Shown here piece after piece: positions 34,484 to 46,705 of a stretch of 64,000 nt of DNA. This stretch comes from an uncultured Methanosarcinaceae archaeon (GTDB taxonomy: Archaea; Halobacteriota; Methanosarcinia; Methanosarcinales; Methanosarcinaceae), in contig CAVSHT010000008.1 in the NCBI GenBank assembly GCA_963727895.1, forward strand, positions 160,001-224,000, in the 5' to 3' direction. The notes under the pieces are model-generated. The model did no database searches. It was not told where the DNA came from and saw only the letters and a list, made by a program, of their open reading frames with translations. The position numbers and the translations under genes were made by a program. The number at the start of each line of letters is the position of its first letter. Positions within the stretch are counted from its first letter, which is position 1.

Positions 34484-35223
34484 GGTATTGTTACCTAAAT
34501 ATATCTATTTCTTTATTTCTGTATTTCATCAATAGAATAACCGAGTACTTTAGCATTTCAAGACTTTTTGTATAACACTTTGTCTTTCTTCTCAACCTTG
34601 CTAGAAAGTGCCTCAATATGCTGTTATATCCTTCAACAGTATACGTTTCTGCTTTTGATTGAGTATGGATCTTTTCTGGAAGAACCTCTGCATATGCTCT
34701 CCAGTGATCGGTCATCACTTCTCCAATCTCTTTTTTCTTCAATTTTTCCCAGAGTAGTTTTCCAGTTTCCATTCCTCTGCTATCAAAAGAGCAGTTGATG
34801 AACTTTTTCCCAACTCTATCAACAGCAATCCAGATCCAGCAATATTTTTTTTGTTACCGATGTAAGTGTGCATCTCATCCATTTCAACAATAGATATCTC
34901 ATTTTCGCTTTTTAGAGCCTCCAACTCCTGACCAAATTTCTTGATCCATTTTTGGACAGAAACATGACTCACCCCTAAAAATCGTCCTATTGAGCGAAAG
35001 CCCAATCCTTCAAGATAGAGTTGTAAAGCCTGTCTTTTTACAGAAGTGGAAAAAGCAGTTGATTTTAGCTCTACTGTATAGTTATAGCCACAGTCAGAGC
35101 ATTTGTACCGTTGACGCCCGCCAACTATACCATTCTTTTTGTGACTGTAACTATTACATTTTGGGCAGTTCATGCAGAAATATACTTTCTAATAGGATAT
35201 AACTATGTTTAAGTATCAATGCC
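34484..35223 (-). mobile_element. IS1-family element copy 2 (insA 34739-35173, insB via frameshift); appears intact
   Basis: TIRs GGTATTGTTAC/GGCATTGATAC; CPKC...CSDC; A8 slippage site; no TSD visible. Confidence 0.93.
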
Positions 35224-35420
35224 GTGTTATTTTTTTAGAATGATTTTCATCATTACTAGGATCTATCACTAGGTTCTCACTACCATCAGAGTGTAATATA
35301 CACCAGCATCTTGATTACAAAGTATAATATATACCAACTTCGGCCTTATCAAGCGAGTGATGCCTTATATAAAGTCCGACCAGTGTATGCTTGAATCTCA
35401 AAAACTTCACAGCATCTAGG

Positions 35421-35711
35421 TCAATTGTCAACTTTAATCTGTAATTCACTGCCGGAAGTGAGTCGATAATATAAAGCATAAACGAAATTACCAATAAAAA
35501 TAGTCAGCCAGGCGGTTAACAAAAATACCAGTATATGATCAGCCCTGGAACCCCACCCACCAGGTTTGGTTAAAATGGCTACATTTTCGTTCTGGCGTTT
35601 AAGCCTCCACCCAGAAACGATATAGTCCTCAACTTCCTGCTGTAACTTCTCTTTTGAAACTCTCTTAACACTAACATTTGCCATAGTACCTAATCCCCCT
35701 TTTAGATACAT
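35421..35711 (-). CDS. Small membrane hypothetical protein
   Basis: VEDYIVSGW...GGWGS..HILVFLLTAW; probable ATG at 35684. Confidence 0.7.
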   Translation of the reverse strand: MYLKGGLGTMANVSVKRVSKEKLQQEVEDYIVSGWRLKRQNENVAILTKPGGWGSRADHILVFLLTAWLTIFIGNFVYALYYRLTSGSELQIKVDN

Positions 35712-35836
35712 ATTAGCTATAATTTATGCTATAATCAAATAATGTTTTCCTGAATTTCTCGTCAATTGAGTAATCATTGATTTTATTGCTGAGTTAATTA
35801 ACTGATAACAATATGTGATACAAAAATGGAAGTAAC

Positions 35837-36535
35837 TTACCACAAAAATGGAATTAATCTATAACGAACTTTTTGACAGTATTCTTCATAGCCGGGTAGA
35901 TTTTTGGATAGAAACTTTTCTTCATCAAGAAGTCTCCAGATAATGACCAGCGTGAAAGGAATAAATATAAGTAAGCTCCACCACGACCCAAGAACTAGAG
36001 GAGTGCCAAACATCATAATGAGACCACTTATATACAGTGGATGGCAGACTATGCTATACAGCCCAGTCGTTATTACTTTTTGGTCGGTAGTTACTTCAAT
36101 GATTGAAGATGCAAAAGCATTTTCTTTGAAGACAAGAAAGAGCAGAAAAAATCCTGCAATTACAAGAATGTCGCCAAGAATGACAATGTAAACCGGGACA
36201 TGAGACCAACCAAAACGATGGTCAAACCCGGAAATAACAAAATAAGCAATGAATAATATGAGGACAAGAAAATGTGTAATCTTTTGAGCCTTTTCTTTTT
36301 CAGCGCCTGGTCCCTTATTAACCCTGCGAGCTAGAAGTTCAGGGCTTGTTCTCCACAAATACAAAGTAATAATTGCTGATGATACAATATATATAATTGA
36401 ATAAACCCACGCTTGCCAAAAATTAAATGAACCTGCTGGAGCGAAAAGGAATAAAAAGATAATGATAATGAACGCTACAAAGCCAAGCAGAGTTTTTAAT
36501 TTTAGGTTAAAAGTGGTTTTGTCAGCAGTATTCAT
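35837..36535 (-). CDS. Isoprenylcysteine carboxyl methyltransferase (Ste14)-family membrane protein
   Basis: ENAFAS..IEV..QKVITTGLYSIV.HPLY, DEEKFL...GYEEYC..VRYRLIP. Confidence 0.88.
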   Translation of the reverse strand: MNTADKTTFNLKLKTLLGFVAFIIIIFLFLFAPAGSFNFWQAWVYSIIYIVSSAIITLYLWRTSPELLARRVNKGPGAEKEKAQKITHFLVLILFIAYFVISGFDHRFGWSHVPVYIVILGDILVIAGFFLLFLVFKENAFASSIIEVTTDQKVITTGLYSIVCHPLYISGLIMMFGTPLVLGSWWSLLIFIPFTLVIIWRLLDEEKFLSKNLPGYEEYCQKVRYRLIPFLW

Positions 36536-36595
36536 TTAATTAGCTCTCATTTTGTTATGAAAGTTACCTCAGGTAACCATTTTTTGAATAAGCTC

Positions 36596-37226
36596 TTATT
36601 TAGCAACACGTCTTAGTATGTAGCTTACAGAAAGGAAAACAGCAATCGCAAGAATGGCGTAAACTGCAAAAAGCAAGATTGAACCATACTTACTCAGAAT
36701 AGGATTTGTGTTATTTATCTGCTCATTGGTTGGATACATAATGTCTTGTTTGTCATTGCTGTGATCCAGACCCAGTGCATGTCCTAATTCATGCTTTACA
36801 ATGGCGAGCATTGCAGTATCACTATACGGAACCCATTTTCCCCACTGATAAGTTCCAACTCCAAGCACTATGTCCACGTGTACAAATCGCCCGTTAACAA
36901 TAAATGGAGTTGTATCACCTGCAACTCCATCAGGAGCTCCCATTATCTTTCTGCAGGTTTTCGACCCATTTTATCCTGATATCAGCTTTTTCGGAATCCA
37001 CAATTTTAAAAACAGGAGTATATTCCAGTTTTCCGTTTCCTCCTTCTGCCCAGTAATTCAGAGCTTTTTGTACCTGTGTATAATATGTAGGACTATAATG
37101 TGGAGGAACACTTTTGTTATCTATATATACTGTGATCGGAGAATGATTCCAGGGGTGATCTAAAATTCTTGGATAATTATACTCTGAAGCCGCCGGAGAA
37201 ATGGGCAAAATAAGTGCCATCAGCAA
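36596..37226 (-). pseudogene. Matrixin-family zinc metalloprotease, frameshifted near 36940
   Basis: HELGHALGLDH plus Met-turn DIMYP; N-half (ADIRIKW) in a different frame. Confidence 0.8.
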
Positions 37227-37499
37227 CAGTAATAAGAGTAATCTTACTCCAGATGTACTGTTTCGGGTAATAGAAACCTGCCTCCATATTATTAAAATAA
37301 TCCTGAAAAGTTAATACAACATAATCAATTACATAATCAATCCTGAAAACTTTTAATTATAAAGACTGAAGTGAATTTTAGAATCAACTCAACAATCAAA
37401 AAGACAACCTTTTGCTGATTTTACAAAGATACATAAAGAAAAATCTTCATCGACGAAAAGTTGAAAAATAATCTGCTTTTAGTCTCTCTTATTTCAGCC

Positions 37500-38056
37500 T
37501 CACTTTTCTTTTGTTAACCAGTTCGATTCGCTGTTTATACAGGTCACTTCACCTATGGACTTCAATTCTTCTGTTTCTCCACTCCGATTTACTAATATGT
37601 GAACGTACTTTCATGAAGTAAGACAGCGCTGCAATGGGCAGAGGCATAGCCTACCCCATATACTGCTAAATCTGTCTCTTGAGGCTCAAATATAATGCTC
37701 AGGAAATTAACTCCTAGTACGACAACAGTAAGCCCTACGAGGTTCAATTCTAGTTCTTCAATATTGGTTATTTTCACCCATTCCGGTAACGGTAATGGCT
37801 GGATAAACAACTGGTATAGCCCGAAAGATGTAAGGAAAAGAACTGTACCGACTAAGAATAGGTGGACAGTCTCCACAATTTCAACAATGATATTCCCTTC
37901 TGGACTTTTTCCTGACATTCCAGTAATGAGTTCTCTCATGAAATGAATAATATCTATTCCGCCTTTAACAAATAAGACGCAAGCAGCAATTGCCAACCCT
38001 ATTACTGGAATCAATACGAAAAAACGCATTCCTGCAATAAATCTTACAACTTTCAC
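37500..38056 (-). pseudogene. YqhA (UPF0114) membrane protein, frameshifted near 37650
   Basis: VETVHLFLVGTVL..SFGLYQLFI..LPEWVKI; alternative frame restores LPIAALSYFMKVR. Confidence 0.72.
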
Positions 38057-38145
38057 CAGTAAACTCCTTCTTTTTTATGTTTCTATTTCGATTAATTGTC
38101 TAGCTTGAATTACATAGAGAATGGGTTGTGGCTAAGTCCTTTGTA

Positions 38146-39469
38146 TTATTTACTTCTGACTTCTCTTTTCAAGTCTTCTTTTTTGCGGCCGTGGCAGCGT
38201 TTAAACTTTCGACCGCTACCACAAGGACAGAGGTCATTGCGTCCTACCCTGGCGAAAGCCTCTTCCATGGTCAGAACCCTCATAACTTCCGAAGCCGGAT
38301 AACCCCTGCGTATAAGACCTGCCAGGATCTGCATCGGAAAGTTGATATGCTGGAAGAAAGCTTTCCAGCCCTTACAGAGATAGTTCAGTCCTGGTTCCCC
38401 TTCAGAAGTGGTCAGGAAGCGGTTTTTAGGGCATTCCCCCTGGCAGACAAAGAGAAATTCACATTCCCGGCATAACTGCGGGAGAGTGTCGTGTTTGTCC
38501 TGTCCAAACCTGTATTGTTTTTCCAAAGCGGCAAGCTCACTTATCTCTTTTTTCATTATATTGCCCAGCAGGTAGTCAGGCTCCACAAAATGGTCGCATG
38601 AGTAAAGATCGCCATTGTGCTCCAGAGCAAGCCCAATATCGCACTTTTCCTCAAAAACGCACATGCCTGAAGGCAGACCAAGCCATTTGCGTGCAGAAGC
38701 TTCAAAAGTCTGCACGAATACCTTTCCCACATCGTTTCTTACCCACTCGTCAAAAATGCGGCTCAAGAAACCGCCATACTGCTCTGGCTATACAGAACGC
38801 TTCGAAACGGTGTCTCCTCTCTGGTAAAGTGTATTTCCCTCCTCATCGATTCGCTCTACAACCGGAATAAACTGAATCCAGTCTGTCTTTGCTTCATCCC
38901 GAAGGAAGCGGTAAACTTCAAGCGGATAATCGGCATTGACCCTATTTTACTGTGGTCAGGACATTGTATTCAACGCCGTGTTTTTGCAGCAGTCAAAGCC
39001 CCTTCATGACCTGGTTGAAGGTCCCATTCCCCTTTTTGTCCATCCTGTAAGCATCGTGCAATTCACGCGGACCGTCGATGCTGATCCCTATGAGAAAGTT
39101 ATTTTCCTTAAAGAACCGGCACCACTCGTCGTCCAGCAGCGTGCCGTTTGTCTGCATCGTATTTTCAAAAGTCATGCCCGGCTTTCTGTACTTTTCCTGC
39201 AGTTCGATTGCACGCCGGTAGAAGTCTATTCCCATCAGCGTAGGTTCACCTCCCTGCCAGGCAACGGTTACCTGAGGGATGCGATGGGCTGCAATAAGCT
39301 GCCGGATGTAGTTCTCCAGCACCTCTTCTGACATACGGAACTTGCTGCCCGGATAGAGCAGCTCCTTGTCCAGAAAGAAGCAGTAGGAGCAGGCCAGGTT
39401 GCAAATTGCTCCCGTTGGCTTTGCAAGCACATGGATTCTGGGAGGCAGGTAGTTTTGTGCCATTCTCAC
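38146..39469 (-). pseudogene. Anaerobic sulfatase maturase (radical SAM/SPASM, C-terminal SEC-C)
   Basis: CNLACSYC, WQGGEP, SIDGP, YSCDHFV, GRNDLCPCGSGRKFKRC; in-frame TGA 38993, frameshift ~38945, in-frame TAG 38788. Confidence 0.9.
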
Positions 39470-39572
39470 TTTCTTTGCCAGATTTATTAGTTCAGTATCC
39501 GTAAGCTCTTTGTATCGATAGCCTGATAGACATCAGATGTAAAGGATACTGAATCTGTCAGGCTGTATCTCT

Positions 39573-41928
39573 TTATTGCCTGGCCATGACCATACGCACT
39601 TCAGCTTCCTTATCTTCGATAAGCTCGCCGCTTACATCCACGGTCACGCTGTAGATCTTGCCGGTAAACTCAAAAGGCGGCTGGTATTCAGGCGCGACTG
39701 GTGCTCCATGAGCTGCACCGCAGCTTAACCCGGTTAGCCCTAAACTGAAAGCGGAGTTGTTACAGGTACCTCAACCTGGCCGACTAACTTCCCATCTATA
39801 TAGAGTTGAGCTTTTCCCGGTGCGCCCTTGCCGCTTGGCAGGATCTGGCTTACCGGTTACCTCGAACTCGAAACGGAGTTGATGTCGCCCTTCAGGAATA
39901 TTCTCAACGGACTCTACATGATAGAAGGCCTTGGTTACGTAGTTGTGTACCCAGTGCAGCTTTCCGCCTTTTACATAGAATATATAGCCGGCCTCAATAT
40001 CACCCTGGGAGAGCAGGATCCCTTCTGCGCCTCCTGCAGGAATCTCGACGTCGGCTGTGATACTATGCGGACGGTTGAGAACCCTGACTGCTGCATTTGC
40101 GGGAATCGGCTGAGTTCCGGGATAATAGGTATAGCTAGTCCGATCTGCTGTAATCTGCGGCCGTTCATCGGCAAAGCGCAGGCTTCCTCGAGAATCTATG
40201 GGCAGCACATTGTATTTTCCGGCTTCTGCATACCAGGTTGCTATCATCTCGATCAGCTTGGGTCGATTATCTGCAGCCACATTATGGTTCTCTGCCCAAT
40301 CCTTCTCGACGTGATAAAGCTCCCAGCTTTTTGCATCCAGTTCGGTTAACATATCTGCCGTGATCGGTTCCCCGAAGAATTTTCCTGATTCTGTGAACGA
40401 AGGACCAGGCCACGGGCATACGGCACGCCAGTCCATGTGATACAGGGAGCGGTGCCCCATCATCTCGAAATACTGGGTGTGGTGCCTGGTAGGTGCACTG
40501 GCATTTTCCAGAGTGTGTGCAAAACTTACGCCTTCAATAGGTGACTGGGTTACACCTTTGATAGCCATCGGAGGTTCAATTCCCAGGCAATCCAGGACTG
40601 TAGGTACCATATCGATAGCGTGGGCATACTGGGTTCGAACCTCGCCTTTGGCCTTTATCCCCTTGGGCCAGTGGACAATAAAGGGGTCGCTGACACCGCC
40701 ACGGTAGGTCTCACGTTTCCAGCGGCGGAAGGGTGTATTTCCAGCAAAGGTCCAGCCCCAGGCATAATGGTTGAAAGTCTCCGGGCCCCCGAGTTTATCC
40801 AGAGCTGCTAGATTCTCCTCCACAGATTCAGGCACGTTATTGAAAAACCTCATCTCACTGATCGATCCTGTAGGGCCACCTTCAGAGCTGGCACCGTTAT
40901 CGGAAATTACCATAATCAACGTGTTCTCAAACTCACCAATATCTTTCAGGAACTGCAACAACCTCCCAATGTGATAATCGGTGTGTTCCAGGAACCCGGC
41001 AAAGACCTCCATCATACGGGCATAGAGCTTCTTTTCTTCAGGAGAGCACTGGTCCCAGGGCTTGACATCCGGGTCATGGCGAGATAGCTCTGCATCTTTT
41101 GGGGATATACCCAGTTCCTTTTGCCGGGCGAACGTTTTCTCCCGGTAAGCTTCCCAGCCGTCATCGAACTTGCCTTTGTATTTGTCTGCCCATTCTTTAG
41201 GGACATGATGAGGCGCATGCATGGCTCCCGGGCAGAAGTACATGAAAAAAGGTTTGGTGGGTGCTATCTGTTTGGCGTCAGCAATGAACTGGATGGCTTT
41301 GTCCACTATATCCTCATTCAAAGTGTAGCCTTCCTCGGGAGTTTTGGGAGGGATTACTGGATGATTGTCATAGGTCAGATCAGGGTAATACTGGTGTGTG
41401 TCGCCTCCTAAAAACCCGTAGTAACGCTCAAAACCCCGTCCCAGAGGCCAGCGTTCATAAGGTCCGGCTGCCGATATCTGGTCTGCAGCTGTCAGGTGCC
41501 ATTTGCCGATTGCATAGGTGTTGTAACCATGCTGCAGAAGTATTTCTGACAGAAAACCGTTCTCAAAAGGTATATAGCCGTTATAGCCCGGATAGCCTGT
41601 TGAGCCTTCGGTGATACTGGCCATATTGTTCGAATGGTGGTTTCGTGCCTGTAAGTATGCACGCACGGCTGGGAGAGCACACTGCGGTTGTATGCATATT
41701 GTTGTAAGCAAGGCCTCCCGCAGCCAGGCTATCCAGGTTTGGTGTCTGTATAGGGCTGCCATAGCACCCAAGTTGTCCAAATCCTGTGTCGTCCAGCACA
41801 ATGAAAAGTACATTTGGAGCTCCCTCTTTGGCGCGCAATGGTTCCGGCCAGGCTGGTTCAGACTGGTCAAACGTGCGCCCGATTACACCTGGAAATGTGG
41901 TTCCTGGTTTGTATTCTTTCAGTGGCAT
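39573..41928 (-). pseudogene. Cys-type arylsulfatase, frameshifted
   Basis: PNVLFIVLDDTG, CSPSRACILTG, IGKWH, SDNGAS; frameshifts near 41645, 39835 and 39745; C-terminus in another frame ends at 39573. Confidence 0.9.
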
Positions 41929-42086
41929 TTGTCCCCCTGTCAATTTTGAAATTACGGGCAAATATATAAAAAAGTGAGGAGACTTACTTTTTGTTTTTCT
42001 CCCCGTTCATTTTATTTTAGAATCATTCTTTGCGATCGATTCCAGAAATATTTACATTCCCGGAAGGGTGGCTTGTCTATCAAAAT

Positions 42087-42593
42087 TCAGTATGCAGGTG
42101 CTGCTTCTTCTTCAGCAAAGGCTTCACGCAGTTTGTTTTCTTCTTCTTTGGACAGGTTAGAGGCAATTAATTCAAACTTCATGCCTCTGGCAGCTTCTGA
42201 CACCTTATCCTGAACTGCATCACTGGTCATCAGGAACAGAGCTGATGTACCTTCTGTCACTTTGCTCCGGATTGACCTGATAAAATCATCACTAATACCC
42301 ACATCAGCCATAGAACCAGTCAGTGCTCCTAATGTGGCTCCAACAACCATACCAAATATTGGGATAAAGAAAATCAATCCAAAAAGCATTCCCCAAAAAG
42401 CTCCACTAAGTGCACCTACCCCAGACATGCTGGTTAATTGTTTGGTTTTCGGTTTCTTTTTTCCTTCAGGCCAGCTAACTATAGCCGCGTCATGCAGATT
42501 GATCAATTGTCTCTTGCTTAAATCTTCAATCACATGAAGTGCCTTTTCAGCACCATCAGCTTTTTCAAACTTCAGAACTGTTAAAGTTGCTAT
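42087..42593 (-). CDS. DUF1269-family membrane protein (apparent start ATA at 42593)
   Basis: DAAIVSWPEGKKKP, GALSGAFWGMLFGLIFF, GISDDFI, GTSALF. Confidence 0.8.
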   Translation of the reverse strand: MATLTVLKFEKADGAEKALHVIEDLSKRQLINLHDAAIVSWPEGKKKPKTKQLTSMSGVGALSGAFWGMLFGLIFFIPIFGMVVGATLGALTGSMADVGISDDFIRSIRSKVTEGTSALFLMTSDAVQDKVSEAARGMKFELIASNLSKEEENKLREAFAEEEAAPAY

Positions 42594-42991
42594 AACTCGA
42601 ACCCCCTTTTATATCACATATTTGTTACTTATTGTATCTTGATTCAGTTCGTCAATCGAGGCGAAACCATCATCTCCTCGCTATTGTAAATCTTGAAAAA
42701 GTTGGGTTTTTTGTATTCATCCTTAGCTACAAGTTCGCTGCTGTCTTAACATGCAGCAAAATAGTGACCGAGAAAAAGCATCGCTTAAATCTCTCGTTAA
42801 CCCCAACTGAACCTTCGAGATTTTTCCCCAAGCTCGTTATTCAATAATTTACTTTAAATAATTATTCTTTTACACATATTATTTTATGCATATTGATTTC
42901 TTTTATTGGGTCTGATGAACATGATTACTCTTTAAAATTGAAGATGTTCTATTCTTTCTTGCTGGTCTTATTTTCATGTTAAATTCTTACT

Positions 42992-44075
42992 TTATTTGGA
43001 ACTTTTTAACTCAGTTTTCTGGTTTGCAAAATGAACAACGATATCAGAAGAAGACATTGCTATATTTTCATGTATCAGGGCTTTATAAATTACCGTATTC
43101 AGTTTGTCTTCTGAAATCCTTGTTTCCACGAAGTTCTCTATCCAGCACCTTGCTTTGAACTTAATTCCTGACTCTGTGAATTCGAGTAAGAGAACCTGTA
43201 CGGGATTTTCCTGCATGATCCATTTTTCATTATTCATAGCCTCAATAATCAGGTTTCGTACATACTCGGTATCCGGGCCATATGATATGATCACATCAGT
43301 TTCGACACGGAACATTCTGTCAGGCATTGAATAATTCGTAATAAGTTCTTTTCCGATAACAGAGTTGGGAATTGCTACCTGACGGTTATTCCTGGTGAGA
43401 CTGCGAGTTGACCGCCAGCTGATCTCTAGCACATCTCCCCATGTATTGAGCTTTTCTATAAGTATTCGGTCTCCAGTTTTGAATGAGCGGTCAATGGAAA
43501 TTGTAATTCCTGAAATGAGGTCAGCAAGGGTATTCTGAGCTACAAGACCAATTATTATTCCTCCAATTCCAAGGGCAATAAGTGATTGATGAAATGAAGC
43601 TTCTGTGATTCCAAAACGCTCAAGAATTATGATTATGGCAAGAAATCCAAAAACCAGCTGGGGATATATACTGTACGTAGCGAACTGCTCGGTAGTCGAT
43701 TCCTTCCAAATCTGTTAAAGATATTCTGGATCGGTACCAGTCTCCAGCAATGGATATTAAGTTAAGAATGATATATGTTGCTATAGATACGTAAAGAACA
43801 AAATAGAAATTATTAATGAGCCATGCATAGCCACTAAAATACTTACTGAAAAACCCTACTGCAGCTTGCATACCCATTAGAATGATTAAATTCAGCAGTG
43901 AATTCTCTAAAAGGCAAAAAATTTTATCGGAATTTTTTACATTTTTGATTGCTTTCCAGAGCCAGCTCTTCAAAATAAATTGGCTAATAATTAAGGTACC
44001 GATCGTAACTAGCAGAATAACGATCATCCTCAAGAGAATTGCGCCGAATAATAATATCTGTTCGATGTTGACCAC
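42992..44075 (-). pseudogene. MscS-family mechanosensitive channel, frameshifted near 43660
   Basis: middle frame reads LGIGGIIIGLVAQNTLADLISG...FKTGDRI...WGDV then ISWRST...IPNS. Confidence 0.82.
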
Positions 44076-44420
44076 TTATACCCCCACGGCCAAAACCAGT
44101 TAATTCTACGAGATAGTTAGATTTGCTCCTTCTTATCTACTTGCTTATCCACCTTATTATCCACCTTTTATCTATTTATTATTGGACAAATTCGATAATT
44201 CCGCTAGAAATCCCTTTTCACTTGAGTCAGCAGATCAGCAGGGAAAAAATAAATGTTAAAAAATGGAGAAAAGAATCTTTTGGTTATTGAAGCAAGCTCT
44301 CTCATTCCAACAATAAAATAATACAAAAATAACCTTAAGAAACAAAAAAATGTTTCAATTAATTATAGAATTCATATAAATAAACAGTAACCTTAGTTTT
44401 TTTCTCTAAAATTTACTTTT

Positions 44421-45452
44421 TTATGAAAGATATTCTTTTGAAAACATTTCTATGGTCAGAAGGAAGTAAGAGAGGAGAAGTGGCCCTATAACAATTCCGA
44501 TCAATCCAAAAAGAGATACTCCTATGACAATGCCGAGCAGAGATAGAAAAGGATGAATTTCTCCAACTTTTTTCTGGATAACTGGCCTGAGGATATTGTC
44601 AATTACGCTCATAAAGAGTCCTGTAGCGAAAATACTGATCGCTGCAGTATAATTTTTCATGAGGAACTGGATAATGGTTGCAGGAACCCATACTAAAGTT
44701 GATCCAAAAACAGGGACAAAAGCAACAATTGTTGCAATAAAACCCCATAGAATAGCTCCCTGGATTTTAAAGATGAGGAAGGTAATGGTCAGAAGTATTC
44801 CCTGAACAAGGGCTACAGCCCCACTGGAGGTAATAGTTGTCTGGACAATTTTGCGGAACTCGTCTATGAGAGTGGCTGTATTTTCGTCATTGAATGGAAT
44901 TGCTACATAGATTTTATGTGCGAAAACCGAATCCTCCCCTGTTAAAAGATAATAAAGCAAAAAATACATTAGTAAAAAACCTATGGTCTGGTGGCTGATG
45001 TTCTGGATTGAGCCTAAAATGAAATCGCTTGAGTAATTAACGGCACTGGAAGCGATATACATGGTTGTTTCCTGTATTTTTGTCTGGATAACACCCGTAG
45101 AAATATTCAACTTAGAAAGGTAGTGATTGAGAAATTGCCCGCCAGATTGAATAGATACAATAATAGATGCTTCGTTATGTAAAAGCTGCTGGATTTCTCC
45201 AATTATTATACCCATAAGAAAGAATAATGGAATCAGTACAACAAATATTGAAACAATTATAACCAAGGCTGCTGCAAATTGATTTTGAATTCTGATTATC
45301 CTTACAAAAAAGTGATGAAGAGGTCTGAATATAATGTAGAGAATTAAAGCCCCGAAAAAATAATTTAGATATGGAAGTGTAGCATAAATAACAACTGCAG
45401 TCAGGATAATAATAATTAGTAAAGCCAGAACCATTTTTGCGGTTTTTTCCAT
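44421..45452 (-). CDS. AI-2E family transporter
   Basis: FRPL, VPVFGSTLVWVP, IDNILRP, IHPFL, GIVIGPLL. Confidence 0.9.
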   Translation of the reverse strand: MEKTAKMVLALLIIIILTAVVIYATLPYLNYFFGALILYIIFRPLHHFFVRIIRIQNQFAAALVIIVSIFVVLIPLFFLMGIIIGEIQQLLHNEASIIVSIQSGGQFLNHYLSKLNISTGVIQTKIQETTMYIASSAVNYSSDFILGSIQNISHQTIGFLLMYFLLYYLLTGEDSVFAHKIYVAIPFNDENTATLIDEFRKIVQTTITSSGAVALVQGILLTITFLIFKIQGAILWGFIATIVAFVPVFGSTLVWVPATIIQFLMKNYTAAISIFATGLFMSVIDNILRPVIQKKVGEIHPFLSLLGIVIGVSLFGLIGIVIGPLLLSYFLLTIEMFSKEYLS

Positions 45453-45610
45453 TTGATCTCAATTGGAGTTTTTAGAATAAACAACATATAAGTTTAACGG
45501 CTCTTTTTTCGGCCGGAAATTTACTTTTTAAAATATTCCGAACCAATAGAACTTATTATAGAATTATTTGAAAGGTTGAGTAAAATAAAGCTCAAAGGTT
45601 ATTGCAAAAC

Positions 45611-46620
45611 GGTTCCGTTGCAAAAAATCTTAGAATAAGCCTGCAAATCTATGAATAATGAATAAAAGTTAAAATATTCAAAAAGATATGTCAATATTAT
45701 AGAACTATTCCAAATAATTGATTAATATATTTAGCTTCATTAAAGCCAGAGTAATTTAAGTTCTTGATTTGTCCTTTTTTAATCATATTCATAGCTTCAA
45801 TTCCTTTTAAAGTTTTAATGGCTGTATGAAAAGACTGAAATCCTAACATTGGATTAACTATTCGTTTAATGGATCTATGATCCTGTTCTATAATGTTATT
45901 CAAATATTTGATTTGTCGAATGCCTACGTTTATAGGTAGTATTTTATCATTTTTCAGTTTATCTATAGCAGGTGGATAAGCTGGATTTTTGTCAACTGTG
46001 ATTACTCTTGGAATTTGATTATGATTAGAGTTCAAAGCTTTTTTGAAGAATCTGTTCGCTGCTTTTTTATTTCGTTTTGCACTTATAGGTAGTATTTTAT
46101 CATTTTTCAGTTTATCTATAGCAGGTGGATAAGCTGGATTTTTGTCAACTGTGATTACTCTTGGAATTTGATTATGATTAGAGTTCAAAGCTTTTTTGAA
46201 GAATCTGTTCGCTGCTTTTTTATTTCGTTTTGCACTTAACATGAAATCAATTGTATCTCCATTTGAGTCAACTGCTCGGTAAAAATATTTCCATTCACCT
46301 TTAACTCTGATGTAAGTTTCATCAACTCTCCAAGAGTCGTTTGTTGGTCTTAAATGCCTTCTGACCTTCTTTTCGATTTCAGGTGAATATTGATGTACCC
46401 ATCTCATAATGGTTGTATGGTTGACTATTATCCCTCTTTCTGCCATCATTTCCTTTAAATTTCTATAACTAAGTGGGTATTTTAAGTACCATCTAACATT
46501 CAATAAAATAATTTCACCAACAAAGTGCTTCCATTTAAAGGAATTAGATAGCATATCACTATCTTTGATTTCATTTTTATTTTAATTATATCCTTAGCAG
46601 ATATTTTTTGCAACGGAACC
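45611..46620 (-). mobile_element. IS6-family element; transposase 45697-46554 with in-frame 153-bp tandem duplication
   Basis: perfect TIR GGTTCCGTTGCAAAAAAT; WRVDETY, YRAVD, NNIIEQDHR; 51-aa block repeated; no TSD. Confidence 0.95.
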
Positions 46621-46705
46621 CAGGAAAGAGATTTAAGGACGAAAAAATGAAAAAAGATTGAATAGAGAAATATAAAATGAATAAAGAAAAATACGAGGTT
46701 TTCTT

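Noticed and set aside
38788..38790. Amber in the sulfatase maturase as pyrrolysine
   Set aside because: The same gene has an upstream TGA and a frameshift, so read-through could not restore it
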